NCBI RefSeq assembly: GCF_009914755.1
Contig: NC_060944.1
Reading direction: 5' to 3' (one strand)
Length of the DNA stretch: 64,000 nt
DNA from: the human T2T-CHM13v2.0 reference genome, Homo sapiens
The notes beneath the pieces were generated by a model. It saw only the letters and a program-made list of their open reading frames with translations. It was not told the origin of the DNA and searched no databases. Both the position numbers and the translations under genes were made by a program. Positions 1 to 13,019 of the stretch are shown piece after piece; positions within the stretch are counted from its first letter, which is position 1, and the number at the start of each line of letters is the position of its first letter.

Positions 1-453
1 TCTAACAAAACACATACAGGAACCGTATGCTGAAAACAACAAAATACTGATAAAAGATATCAAAGAAGACCTAAATAAATGGAAGATTCTCTGTATTCAC
101 GTGTTGAAAGAATTAGTAAAGCTGTCAATTGCCACCAAATTGATATACAGATATAACACCATTTCTATCAAAATCTCTACAAGATGTTTTGCAGATCCAG
201 GGAAGGTTAGTCTAAACTTTATATGAAAAGACAAAGGAATTTAGAATAGCTAAAACAATTCTGACAAAAAGAATAGCGAGAGGGATCACCACCAAATTTC
301 AAGACTTATTATATATAGCTACAATAATCAAGACAGTGTGGTACTGGTGAAGGGATAGACAAGTATCAGTGGAACAAAGTAGAAAATCCAGAAATAGCCT
401 CAAATGAGTAAAGTCAACTGCTTTTTGCAAGAGTGCTTTCAACAAATGGTGTT

Positions 454-829
<376 letters not shown>

Positions 830-1094
830 TTAACCCAAATTCAATCATAAACGTAAACGCAAAACATAAAACTATAACCATTTTAGAAGAATACGAAGGA
901 GAAAATCTTTCGGACTTAGGGCTAGGTAAATATTTCTTTACAAAGTATGAGCCACAAAAGAAAAAAAAATCAATAAACTGGACCTCATCAAAATTCAGAA
1001 CTGTTAAGCTACAGACTGAGAGAAAACATAAACCACACATCTGACAAAGGACTTTAGAATACACAAAGAACTCCCAAAACACTACAGACAAGCC

Positions 1095-1326
1095 CCAGCC
1101 TGGCCAACATAGCAAGACCTTGTCTCTGCAAAAAATAAAAATAACAATAATAAAAGAAATTAGCTGGGCATGGTGGTGTGCACCTGTGGTCCCAGCTACT
1201 CGGGAGGCTGAGGTGGGTGGATCACCTGACCCGGGAGGTGGAGGCTGCAGTGACCCGTGATCGCACCACTGCACTGCAGCCTGGACAATAGAGCAAGACC
1301 CTGTCTCAAAAAACAAGAAGAAGAAA
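1095..1326 (+). mobile_element. 5'-truncated Alu
   Basis: End of left arm plus right arm; TSD acaagcc. Confidence 0.9.
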
Positions 1327-1580
1327 ACAAGCCATTTAGAAAATGAGTAAAATATATGAAGAAACATTTTACCGGAAAGAATATACAGATGGTAATAAGC
1401 ACATGGAAAGATGGTCCACATCATCAGGTGCCAGGGAAATGCAAATTAAGACCATGATGAGCCATCATTATACCTATCATAGTGGCTAAAATATAAAATA
1501 GTAATAATACCAAATTCTGGTGAAGACATGAAGAAACTGGAGCACTCATGTATTGCTCACGGCAAAATAAAATGGTATAG

Positions 1581-1905
<325 letters not shown>

Positions 1906-3523
1906 TAAAAAACTTAAACATACATTTGTCATACAGCCTAGCAATTGCACTTTGGGCATTTATCCTAGAGAAATGAAAACGTATGTCTATACAAAAACCT
2001 GTATAAGAATAACTTTGTTTGTAACCACCAAAAACTGGGAACAACTTAGCTATTCTTCAACAGGTTAAACAAACCCTGGTACATTCACATCATGGAATAC
2101 TACTCAGCAGTAAGAAGGAATGAACTATTATTGACACACACAACAGCCTGGATGGATCTAGAGGGTATTGTGCTGAGTGAAAAAAGCCAACCTCAAATGG
2201 TCACATACTGTACGATTCCACTTATGTAACATTCTGAAATGACAAAATTATAGAGATGGAAAACAGAGGGCCGGATGCCAGGGGTTAGGGAGGGTGGCAA
2301 GCAGGCAGGCATAACTATACAGAAGCAGCCTGGGAGGGAGGTGGTTGTGGTGATGAACTAGTTCTGTATGGATTGCAGTACTGGTTACATGAATCTACAC
2401 ACTGATGAAATGACATAGAACTAGAGACACACTGTACTCGCGTAAGACTCCTGGTTTTGATAGTGTACTATAGCTATGGAAAACATAAGCATTGAGGAAA
2501 CTGGGTGAAGGGTACTAACAACTTCTCTGTACTCACTTTGCATCTTCCTGGGAATCTACTGTTTAACAATAAAAAGTTAAAAGACATACAAAATTTTAAA
2601 TTATAAAAATGTATTCATCATCTTATATTTTATCAAAATTACGGTTGAATGCATTTATGTCTTAATTATAGGAACAAAGAGTGATGACAGTGGGGCTGCC
2701 TACAGAAGGACCTTCTTTGCTTCATGTCTGCCTTTCACAGCACGACCATGAAGGGGGCCACTGTGGAGAAACACCCCAGGGTGCCATCAGTTCTTCTCAG
2801 GGTCCCACATGGCCTCATCCTTGTGGATTTCCTCCTGTCAGATCCTCGTTTTGGCAGTGGCTTTGTATGTGTCTGTGACAGTTCTCTATCATCATATCCA
2901 TGAACTTCATGAAATTCCCCAGCCTTAGACAACTTTGCAGTTTGTACTTTCAGTTTCACCGGCTCAGGACGAGCCTGGCAGGAAGACTGACAGGTGGGAC
3001 GCAGGGATGCTAGAGCTAACTGGCAAGGGGCTTAGGCGGGGACTGGTTCTACAGGTAAATATGTTTTCAGTGGCATATATTTCTGTGATGGTGTCTTTTG
3101 CTCCCCGAAGCCATGGAAAGCAGGAATTGAGCCTTGTTGTTTAATTTGGGGACCAGAGTTGGGTGACGAGCTCCTGCCCTCTCGGCTCTGTTTATCCATG
3201 CAGGCAGCCCTGCTTTTGATGTCCCCAGGTTCACGCTGGGCTTAATGACCTCCCTTCTCATCCAGCTCAGGCCCAAGGTCAAAGGGCAAGCCCTGGTTCT
3301 CCATCCCCAAGGCTTGTGGGAAGATCTGAAACCATGAAAGCCCACAGTGGTTTTCATGAAGCCTCAAAATGAACGGTGCCATCAAGAAACAGAGCCAGCA
3401 GAGTGCTGGGGAGAGGGGAGGTCCGAGCACAGAGAGAAAGAAGGTCTGTTGAAATGGCAAGACCAGGAAAAAGGGAGGATTGGGAGGTTCTGCGCCCGCA
3501 GCAGGCAGAAGCCAAATACATAC

Positions 3524-3624
3524 ACTGTCACCCTCTGGAATCTGAAGCAGGCTCTCCTGGACTTCTTGGCTGGAGAGGGAAAGACCCATATAATTTTCCA
3601 GTTCTGCCAAGTTTGGGTACAAAA
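3524..3624 (-). CDS. SDCBP2: SDCBP2 coding exon, (V)[33 protein letters not shown]; the PDZ-encoding exons lie beyond the left edge of the window
   Basis: cctatcag|TT TTG TAC CCA...GAC AGT|gtatgt. 101 nt; contains a syntenin LYPxL motif; lies within ORF 3242..3658. Confidence 0.96.
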
Positions 3625-3919
3625 CTGATAGGGAAAGAAGGAAGAATAAATGTGTCATTAGAGGACATGTGCTTCCCTATGCCTGCCTGGCTCCCCTGTG
3701 GCTGCTCATTTTTATTAAGAAATGGAGCCTGGGAATGGTATTTATTTCCAAGACTGTGGGGTATCCCCAGGAACACTCACTGATGAGCGCTCCTCAGAGG
3801 GCCCAGGTGCAGGGTAGGACACCGAGTCCTCATGCACCACTTTGCTATTCAACTCCACTGACTTTATTTGACACCCAGAAACCTCTGCATCCCTCAGCGA
3901 ATGGTTCCCACCAGGACTG

Positions 3920-4247
3920 GCAGGGTCCTAATCCCTTCTTATAAGGATTTGTGTCCTTATAAGAAGAGACAACAGAGGGCTCATGCATGCGCTCTCATGC
4001 TGTATCTCTCTCGTGTTCTCGTTTTCTCTCTCTCTTTTAAGCAAGTACACTGAGGAAAGGCCATGTAAGGACTCAGCCAGAGGGTGGCCATCTGCAAGCC
4101 AGGAAGGGAGGCCTCACCAGAAACTGAATTGGCCAGAACCTTGATCTTGGGCTTCCAGCCTCCAGAGCTGTGGGAATATACATTTCTGCTGTTGAAGTCA
4201 TCCAGCCTATGGTATTTTGTTATGGAAGCCTAAGCTGAATAAGGCAA
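3920..4247 (+). mobile_element. MaLR LTR (MLT1A/MST-like)
   Basis: gccatctgcaagcca...accttgatcttgggcttccagcctccaga...ggtattttgttatgg signature. Confidence 0.8.
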
Positions 4248-4795
4248 GTGGGGTTCTGGCCCCTTCTCTCTTTGAGCCGCTATCTGCCGTCCACTTCTTC
4301 CCCACCTGCCCCCACCCCAGGCCAGCCATAGTTCCAGCAAGGAAGTCTGACAAGTGTGGTATTTCATTCCCGGGGTCACATGAGATTGGATCACCAGAAT
4401 GGTGCTGAAATGCTGATTTGAGGTGACTCAAATCGTTTATATAGACAGAGGCCCCACAAATGATATCACATCCTCAAGGCAGCCTTGCTGGGGGCATCAG
4501 AGAAGCCATAGCTTCCCTAACTTGAGCTGGGTTTGGAAGGATAAACAGGGGTTCACCAGGCAGTCAAGGAGGGAGGGGAACAGCATGGGCACAGGCTCTG
4601 GGAGGTGAGGTGACTCAGCCCAGGTCACCCAGGCAGTAAGAGGTGGGTGGCAACTGGAAGCCTGGTCCTCTCTTCCCACCATGTTGAGTCCTTAACCCTG
4701 GAGCCTCCCATACCTTTGGCATTGCCAAGCTTCCCTGATGATCTCTTCCCTGAAAGGACTTGGCACTCAGGAGCCCCTCATCCCAGCCCACTCAC

Positions 4796-4865
4796 CTGGT
4801 GGTGGGGAAATGGCTGTTGCCTGGACTGGCAGGGCTGGCATCTTGGGTGAGGCTCTGACCTGGGC
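4796..4865 (-). CDS. SDCBP2: SDCBP2 coding exon, [23 protein letters not shown](V)
   Basis: ctccccag|GCC CAG GTC...CCA CCA CCA G|gtgagt. 70 nt, phase 0 to 1, in frame with both neighbouring exons. Confidence 0.96.
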
Positions 4866-5568
4866 CTGGGGAGGAGCAGGGAGCACTGGTCAGCTGTGGC
4901 CAGGACCCCAGGAACCCCAGAGCCTGGAGCTCCATGAGGCCAGGGTCTGGGCATTAGGGGTGTGAGTGGGCCCGGGGTGTGGGGGGAGTGTGCACCAACC
5001 CTCAGGGCTCAAGATCACGTAAACGTGGCCTCCGCAGATGTGTCTTTTCCTGGGAGGAAGTTCTGGGGGACTGTGACCCACCCTATGTCACAACCCATTT
5101 ACTGCCTGCAACAGGCAGAACATCAAGGCCCATCTCCCAATCAAGTTCTCAGCTGAAAAGTCTCCATTTCTCAAAACCCACTGGAACCACAGAGTGCTGG
5201 GATGGAGGAGGAAGGGGGCTTCTGGGGGCTAAGCAGACCAATGCCTATGCCCACTAGTCTTGTTTCCTCTGAAAGCCTGCCTTAGAGCATGGAGCCCGCC
5301 CATCCTGGAGGGAGGGAGAGCTGGGCCTGGGCAGGACAGAGCAGGCATGAGAGAGGCATGCGTGCGCTGCTTGGTCTTTTCTATTCTTGCTGTAACGCCA
5401 TTGGCATTGCCCCCTGGATGTCTTCTCTGCCCAGCAGGCCCTGCAGTGGACACCTACATGCCCTGAGGCCTACGGGAATCTCCAAGTGGCCCCAGTACCC
5501 AGCACCTTCCAGGGTAATCCCCAAGGTCCCCTTCAGGGAATCCAGGCCAATGGGGCCTGGCGACTTAC

Positions 5569-5622
5569 CTGAATGGCTTGGTCCACTTTTAGGTCCTCTA
5601 GAGATGGGTACAGGGATGACAT
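5569..5622 (-). CDS. SDCBP2: SDCBP2 (syntenin-2) first coding exon, MSSLYPSLEDLKVDQAIQ; whole exon 5569-5641 includes 19 nt of 5'UTR
   Basis: Minus strand ctgcag|GGTGTTCTGAGAATCAGCC ATG TCA TCC CTG TAC...ATT CAG|gtaagt. 54 coding nt, phase 0; matches the syntenin-2 N-terminus. Confidence 0.96.
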
Positions 5623-7774
5623 GGCTGATTCTCAGAACACCCTGCAGAGTGCAGAGGGTGGGGAAGGATAAGGATGCAGCTGATGCCCCCTTGAAAGGAG
5701 GCACAGACATCCGCAACAGCAAGCGGGTTGGAACTTAATATTCAAACAGAAAGGCAGCAGGGCACTTAGAATGCCTCCCCGAACTCCACCCCTAATCCCC
5801 TGTCGATATTTGAACTCTACTGTATTCCACTCATCTCCAGCCTCACTGTCAACTTTTAATCTTGGCCACAATGAAGTAAGACCAGTAGGAAATTTATAAA
5901 GACTCTCACACAAACTGTAGCAGAACTTAGACACTCAACAGGGCACTGCTCCAGAGGGAGGAGGGAATGGGGGGTGGAGAGGCACCATGAGCACTTATTT
6001 ACTAAACACCTTCTCATTGTCCCAGGGAGAATCAGCAGGACCTCTGAGCAAGGTGCCCCGAGAAAGTGAAAGGAATGATGACCTCTTAAGAAATGTTTTA
6101 TTCCCTTCCTGACGAAATGTGGGGAAGGAGCAGTCTGCCTTTCTGGGTTCCTTCCCTTTACTCACTAACCACTGGCTCTGTCACACCTCCAGGCTTCGCT
6201 GAGGCAGTCCACTCCAACTGGAGCCCCTGCCCAACCTCCTTGTCACCCTCGGTTCCTGTGGGACACGCCTCCCCTGGCTCCCAGGCAATACGGTCACTGC
6301 CCCTCCCACCCAGGACCCTGCCCTCCGGGACAGCTCCGGGACAGCACCGGGCCAGCCTCTTGCTTGAACTCGCCACTTGTCCTGACTGCAGTTCTGAGGG
6401 GTAAAGGTGTGTCCTATTCACCCCACTGAACTCACATGTGATGGGTACACATGATAAAGGAATGCCCGCTGGTGGCACAGGAAACTGAGGGTCCTGTGCC
6501 TGAGCGATGTGACTCCAGGCTTCCCAGGATCAGATCCGCTGGGCACCTCCCTGAGTGACCACAGGCACGCCGAGGACATACTCATCCATCACTGCTCCTT
6601 CTCCTCCCTCTGCACCTGCTGCCTTGACCCCTGTGTCATCCTTGGCCCCGCCCCCACTATCCCTTCTTGTCTGTCATCAAATCCCATCTCTCCCACATCC
6701 CGTGTTGTGCAGGTCCCCATCATCTCCCTGGCCCTCTCCAGGTGCCATAACACCCTCCAAACACACTGCTGCCTCCCCTCCTGCCGTCCTGCTGCTCTCC
6801 AGACAGCAGCCACCAGGCCCTTTGTGTACACACTTGGGATGTCATGCCCTGGCTGAAAGCCCGCCAGTGGCTTCCCTGCCTTGGGAATGTACTCTCCTTA
6901 AAGAGGCTCACAGGGCCTTCACGATTCCACCAGAGATTGGAACTGGTGGGCCCAGGGCCAGATGGAAATAGATTTTATTTGACCTTGTGGAGTACTGTAA
7001 ACGTTCAGATTAGCAGCTTAAACACAAAGCTCAAGGTACTGGATTTAATAATCGAATTTCCCACTGCTCCCAAAAAACAGGAAGCTTTGGCAACCCTAGG
7101 CTATAGCAGAGTAGCTACAATTGAGTAGCAGCAGACTCCAGGGTGACCCAGTCCACCATCCTCTATTGGCTGTTACACCCAGACCATTGTACTCACTGGT
7201 GCCAAGTCCCAATAGATATTTGTTTGCAACCCTAGTCTACCTCTCCAGCTTCATTTCTTGCCTTACGTCCTTTCAGCTGCTACTTTCAACTCCAGCCACA
7301 ATGAGCTACTTCCACGTCCTTGCATGTGATTCCCTCCTGTCTCTTTTGCATGTGTTATTCCTTCTATCTGGAATACCCCTCCTCTCCCTGCTCCTTGCTT
7401 GGCCAACTCCTAATAATTTTCAAGTCTCAGATCAGGGAGCTCCTCTTACAGGAAGCCTGCTTTGATTTGTGCTCCCCCTAGCCCCTGCTCCATGTCCTAC
7501 TCCTGTTGAGTATTCACCACTCTTGTGGTTGCCTCTTTACTTGTCTGTCTACCTCCTTAGGAGTTCCAAGATGGCAGGAACAGGGGCTTCTCATTTGCTG
7601 TGAAGCCTCTAACCCCTAGCATGGAGGCTAGCTCAATAATATTGCCAGAAGCAACACATTCTACCTGGGCTTCCACTTTTCTCCTTGTAAAGTAAAGCTC
7701 TAGTATCCTAAGAACACCCACCTTCCTGGATGAAACAAGGACCAGAAGTCCCAAATGTGCCTCTCACAGTCCTG

Positions 7775-8076
7775 TTTTATTATTATTATTATTTTGAGAC
7801 AGAGTCTCACTCTGTTGCCAAAGCTGGAGTACAGTGGCGCGATCTTGGCTCACTGCAATCTCCAACTCCTGGGCTGAAGCCATCCTCCCACCTCAGCTTC
7901 CCAAGTAGCTGGGACATAGGTGCATGCCGCCACACCTGGTTAATTTTTGTATTTTTTGTAGAGACAGGGTTTCAGCATGTTGCCCAGGCTGGTCTTGAAC
8001 TCCTGGGCTCAAGCAATTTGCCCGCTTCGGTCCCCCAAAGTGTTGGGATTACAGGCCTGAGCCACTATGCCCAGCC
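7775..8076 (-). mobile_element. Alu (J-like)
   Basis: Reverse Alu with (TTA)n tail. Confidence 0.93.
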
Positions 8077-8805
8077 TTTTGTTTTTAAAATCTGAATTAG
8101 TGCCAATATTTAAAAATCTGGAAACACAAAATGCGTCACTTCTTACTTGGATTGAAAAAAATATAAACATTTGGCAAGGCAAGAGCTGGAATAGTGCATG
8201 GCAACACTCACCCGGCTGAGTCACAGCCTACCTCGCAAATGGGGCTGTACGTGCTTTCCTGTTTCCGCAAGTACCCATCAGCCCTTCACTGATTTACGTT
8301 GCCTGCTTGGTTCCTGGAGGCAGCCAGTTCCAGACCCTGCCCTAGCCTGGCCTTTGGGGTAGAAATGACCATCCCAACAGGACAGGAATTTCCTGGGAGG
8401 GGAGGGAGTCTGGCTCTGACTTCCTTTAGACCACCTGGGGGAAGAGACCCCTTTGCTTATAGCCTTCCCCACTGTGTACACACACTATGAGATTTTTAAT
8501 CTTGGGACAGTCCTGAGCAGCTATCATCTGCCAAAACATGACCTGCCACCAGGACCACGCATGAACAGCAGATGCGAAAATAAGCAGCCACTCCTGCCCT
8601 GATTTTCCTAACATTTAACCAGTAGAGCACTTATATTTTTGTCAGCTGTCCCCTGGGAGAGCAGGGAGTCAGAGATCCATTTCCTGGAAATCACTCCCGG
8701 GCCAGATCACATAACCCTTTTTCTGTGTCTGAGATCCTTTCACCACTGCCACCTTCTCTGGATCCCATCTTAGTGCTGGGATGCGGGGAAGTGAGAAAAC
8801 AGGTA

Positions 8806-9119
8806 CAGTCGTTCCTTGGGGTAGGTTCCAGGACAATGCCCCTCACTCCCCATCCCTCGGATACCAACATCCACAGCTGCTTATGTCCCTTACATAAAGT
8901 GGCATAATATTTGCATATAACTTATGCACATTCTTCTGTATACTTTAAATCATCTCTAGATTACTTACAATACCTAATGCAATGTAAATGCTAAACAAAG
9001 TTATATTTTATTTTTATTTGAATTTTTGTTGTTTTTTTTAATTTTTATTTTTAAATATTTTCTGTCTACAGTTGGTTGGATCCATGGATGTGAAACCTGG
9101 GGATAGGAAAGGCATACTG
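8806..9119. mobile_element. MER2-like Tigger/mariner DNA transposon
   Basis: TA|CAG...CTG|TA ends; atatttgcatataac...tactttaaatcatctctagattactta signature. Confidence 0.8.
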
Positions 9120-9557
9120 TATCCCCTGCCTTGTAGCAGCTCACAATATAATGGGGAATGGTTCCCTGCCAGCGAACATGCTGTGTTTCGTTCAATCATT
9201 CAAAACATTTGAGTGTCCACTGTGTGCCAGACGTGCTGGTCCCTCTGCTGTGCACATCATCCTCCTTGGTGTGATGCTCCTTCGAGGCTCAGTTCAGATG
9301 CTACTTCTCTGCTTGGCTTTTCCAGACTGCATGATACCCAGGCTGCCTGGCTGGGTCTTCCCATGTATTCCACCCCTGACCTGTACTGCCCCTGTTGCCA
9401 AGCTATTTATCAAATTATGTGATTAATATCTGGGTATTTTCTTACACTGGACCTCACTCATAAGGGCAGGAGCTCTGTCCCGTTCACACACGATCCTTCC
9501 CCGCCACGGCACTGCCCAGCACACATATGCTAGCAAAAATTATTTGACTGAATAAAT

Positions 9558-10200
9558 CAGTGGTTTTCCAAGGAACAGATTGGAAATTTATGTGGGCATT
9601 TTTGGGTGTCACGAGACTGAGGGGACAGTCATATCCCTGTCGGGGGTGGGGGGGGCAGGGATATGAAACTCCTGTAATGGATGGGACAGTCCATTACAGT
9701 CACCATAACAAATGGTCCTGTCCCGCACAACTTTCAGATATCCTGCCAAACTTTCAAGTAAGCCAAAAATCCGTTATAATTGGTTGTACATACAATCACA
9801 ATGAATTTTTCCCTAGTTTTAGTACACACTAGACTGTCTGGAAATGCATATATCAGGTTGGTTGTGGGGAGTTACACTTTGCTCACCATTCTGGAAAATC
9901 GCTGCCCACCCTGCTCCCCACGGGTGAGTCACCCGAACAGCATGCTCACGTCTGTGTACATGTGTAGCTGTCACAGTGACTCCGCGCTTTTATATAAATA
10001 TATTTAGCCTTTGACTCAAGATGTCAGATATAAACTGTTGGCAAAATTCAGCTGAATATTGTCTTCTAGTAAACCTAAGCTGATTCCTAAGTTGGGTACA
10101 AGCGTGATCGGGTGTAAGCCAGCCTCAGCTTTTACAAAGTGAAATGCATATTCTTTTATTAGAAATTACTTTCATGTCCCTGCCTTCTCCTTATAAACAA
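9558..10200. mobile_element. hAT-Charlie family (MER20/Charlie-like) remnant
   Basis: cagtggttttc start with a MER20-like segment (ttttgggtgtcac...gggacagtcc). Right boundary uncertain. Confidence 0.45.
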
Positions 10201-10329
10201 AGGGCATCATATTGATTTTTTACCCGGGGAACCATCACCTGGGCTGCAGCCTCAGGACGAACCTGTGCCTTCCCTCTGTCTCAATTTCCTGCTTTGGGAA
10301 ATAGGAGCCACAAGCCACAAACTCCATCC

Positions 10330-11120
10330 ACCGCGCCACAGGAGCGAGGTCCAACGCAACGGTCCCTAGGGCCTGCCTCCAACCCAGCCTCAGTTTCCTA
10401 TCTGTCACATCGTTCTATGATCTCGAAATGACTATAACCCCTTTCTTAGCCCCAAACCAGCCGGAAGCGACATCTTCCGGTTGCTACAGGTTACGGCGGT
10501 TGCTATGGGCTACGGCGCCTGCGCAGAAACACCGCCAAGCGACTCAGCAACTTCTAGAGCGCATGCGTTTCGCCCACCCAGGCCCGGGCGCGGTTAGGGG
10601 TGACTCCCACGATCCCTAGCGGCTGCAGAGTGGAACATGGCGGCCTCCTTGCCGCTTGCGTTACCAGAGTCCACCCGGCCTCGTGCTTTCTCCGGGCGCC
10701 CGTAGCTGGCGCCGGCATCCACAAAAATAGATCAGGTAAAGCAGCAGAGTAAGGCATAGGAAGACTTGGTCGGGCTCCGCGGCCCCTCTTTACCGGATTG
10801 GAGGCTGCGCGGGTGAAATCGAGCTTTAAACTCCCCTGGCCTCGGAACACCATTTGTAGCCTCTGAAGGAGGAGGACTTATAAGATTCTGTACTAAGGCA
10901 GCCGTGGGAAGGGAGGAGAACCAGGTCGGCCCGCGCGCTCCCGGCTGCTTTTGCTCTCCCTTTGGTTTCGAAAGCGTCAAGTCCCAAGGTATTTCCTACC
11001 AATTGTGACGTCACCCTTCCTCCCCCGTTTCTCACCCGTTTCTTGTCTGGCCGTGACTTCTGACCCAGTGTTGAGCTAAAAATGCCCCGCCCCACCCTAC
11101 GCAGATTCACCCCGCGTCCC
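10330..11120 (+). promoter_or_regulatory. CpG-island promoter, probably of SDCBP2-AS1
   Basis: Sharp local CpG enrichment. Inverted ETS/GABP pair CCGGAAG..CTTCCGG 10461-10480; two RFX X-box-like units 10478-10515; NRF1-like 10515-10525 and 10559-10568; YY1 AACATGGCGGC 10634-10644; CCAAT 10999-11003; CRE TGACGTCA 11006-11013; GC box 11084-11093. Confidence 0.88.
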
Positions 11121-13019
11121 ACCCACCAGTGACTGAGTGACTGGGCTTCTGCTGCCTAGGGAAGGGTTCTTGGCTTGGCCGGGCAAATCAATTCCCACAG
11201 CAAAATCAGACCGAAAGCCTGTTATGAGGGACTCAGGCAGTTGGATGTGGCGTATAGGAGGAAGGCTAGGGCAATCAGGAAGGTCTCCTGGAGGAAGGAA
11301 GAAGACCCTGACTGGGCCGTGTAGGATGGATGTTCAAGTGGGAAGAGAGTGTGCTATTCCAGGGACAGGGAGGCCCAGGCCTGAGAGTCCAGTTGCCTTC
11401 TGGATCCCGTTTACCTCGCAGATTATCCAAACTGGACTCGTGATTTTCCCCAGCTGTGCCGCGCCTCCCCAGCGGTCTCACTGAATCCACCCATGGGCTA
11501 TGTCAGAAATCTGGGAGTTATCCTCAGCTCCTCCCTTTCCCTTCTGAAGCCATACCTACTTCTTGCCCTCAAATCTCTGTGACCTGACTTCTGGTAATGT
11601 TTCCATTCTCACCATCTCATTCTTCTCCACACTTATCATGAAGTTCATTTATTCCAGACTACTTTAGGTTGAGTCCTAAAAGTCAGCCTGCTAGTTCATG
11701 CCTCCATGCTTTTGCAGGTGCTATTCCCTCTGTCTTAAGAGTCATTCATGCCTTCTCTCTTTTCCTTGTTGTGAACTCTTTTTCCTCCAATTTAAAGCTT
11801 TCCCCCACCTGTACGCATGGAGATTGGCAAGCCTCCCTTCTCTAGACGACAGCATTTCTTGTATTTGCCTCTTCATCATATATTCCACAAGTGTTTGTTA
11901 ATCACCTACTATGAGCAAGGCCTTCTGCATTTCCTAGGTTGGATTTCCACTGTGCTGTGTTTGTTTGCTCATCTCCCTCACTGGTCAGGAAATGTCACTC
12001 ATTTGTTAACCCCCAGTGCTGAGCACAGTGCCTGGCACACAACAGGCATCCCATTACTATTTCTGAAAGGAGTGGAAAAGCAGGCACAGAGAGAAGAGAA
12101 AGCCTGATATCCTAAATATACAGTCTTTCTTCCCATGCCTGTCTGTGTTTGCAGTCAATAAGTAGAAAGTCTTTCGAAGAATAACCTGGGCCTGGAAAAG
12201 GAGAGAAACCATGGCCCTAACGAGTTAGGTTGAAAGGCTGCCTGGCTCCTATAATCTGACAGTGGAAGTTTGCTCAGTTCTGTGCTGATGGCTTCCCACA
12301 AGTAATTGGTTCCTCCGAAAGGAAAAGAACCCACCTAACCCCTCTCTCTCAGAGGAATTTTCCTCTCCCACAGCCCTTTCCAGATTTCCATCCCTGAGCT
12401 TCTGTACTTTTTGATATAAGCAATAACAACACCCACAACAAACCAATAGCTGGGCTTCGGAGATCAGCAGGGCTGACAAGGGGACTTCAGCCCCCATCTT
12501 TGAACTTAGAGTGAGAACACTCTTTGGAACACTTTGTTCCAAAGAGCTGAAGTGATGGAACTCCCACTCGTTCCTGTGGACAGCTCATCCGTCCTTTACA
12601 AGACAGTGCGCGGGAGGGAAGCGTGGGTTAGAGTGTCAGAGGAATAGCTCCTGGAAGGCCAAATTAGCCCAGGGATGTGGTGAGTCGGAATAGAAGAAGC
12701 TGTTGCTAGGCCACCAGCATGTACCCCCACTCCTCCTCTCAGTGCTGCACTGCCTGCTGGGGAAAAGCTGTGACTTCCTCAAGCAGACACGCCTGAACCC
12801 AGGCCCAGGCAGGGCAGGGTTCAGACTGACTGCTTCTGACTTGTGAGAGCACAGCATAGGCAAATCCCCTTTGAATGTCATTTCTTCCTTTGTAATCTGG
12901 ATAACAATAGTTGCATCACAGTTGTCTGGAGACTGAAAGATTTTTAAAAAGAGTTAAGGTGTATATGGAAAGCATTTAGCACAGCACCTAGCACATAATA
13001 GGCATTCAGTAAAAGTTAG

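Noticed and set aside
12480-12630. Faint peptide resemblances to MCUR1/CCDC90 (QRAEVMELPLV..VLYK) or LETM1 (KELK..LW) in different frames
   Set aside because: Short, gapped and mutually incompatible; cannot be distinguished from chance without a profile search.
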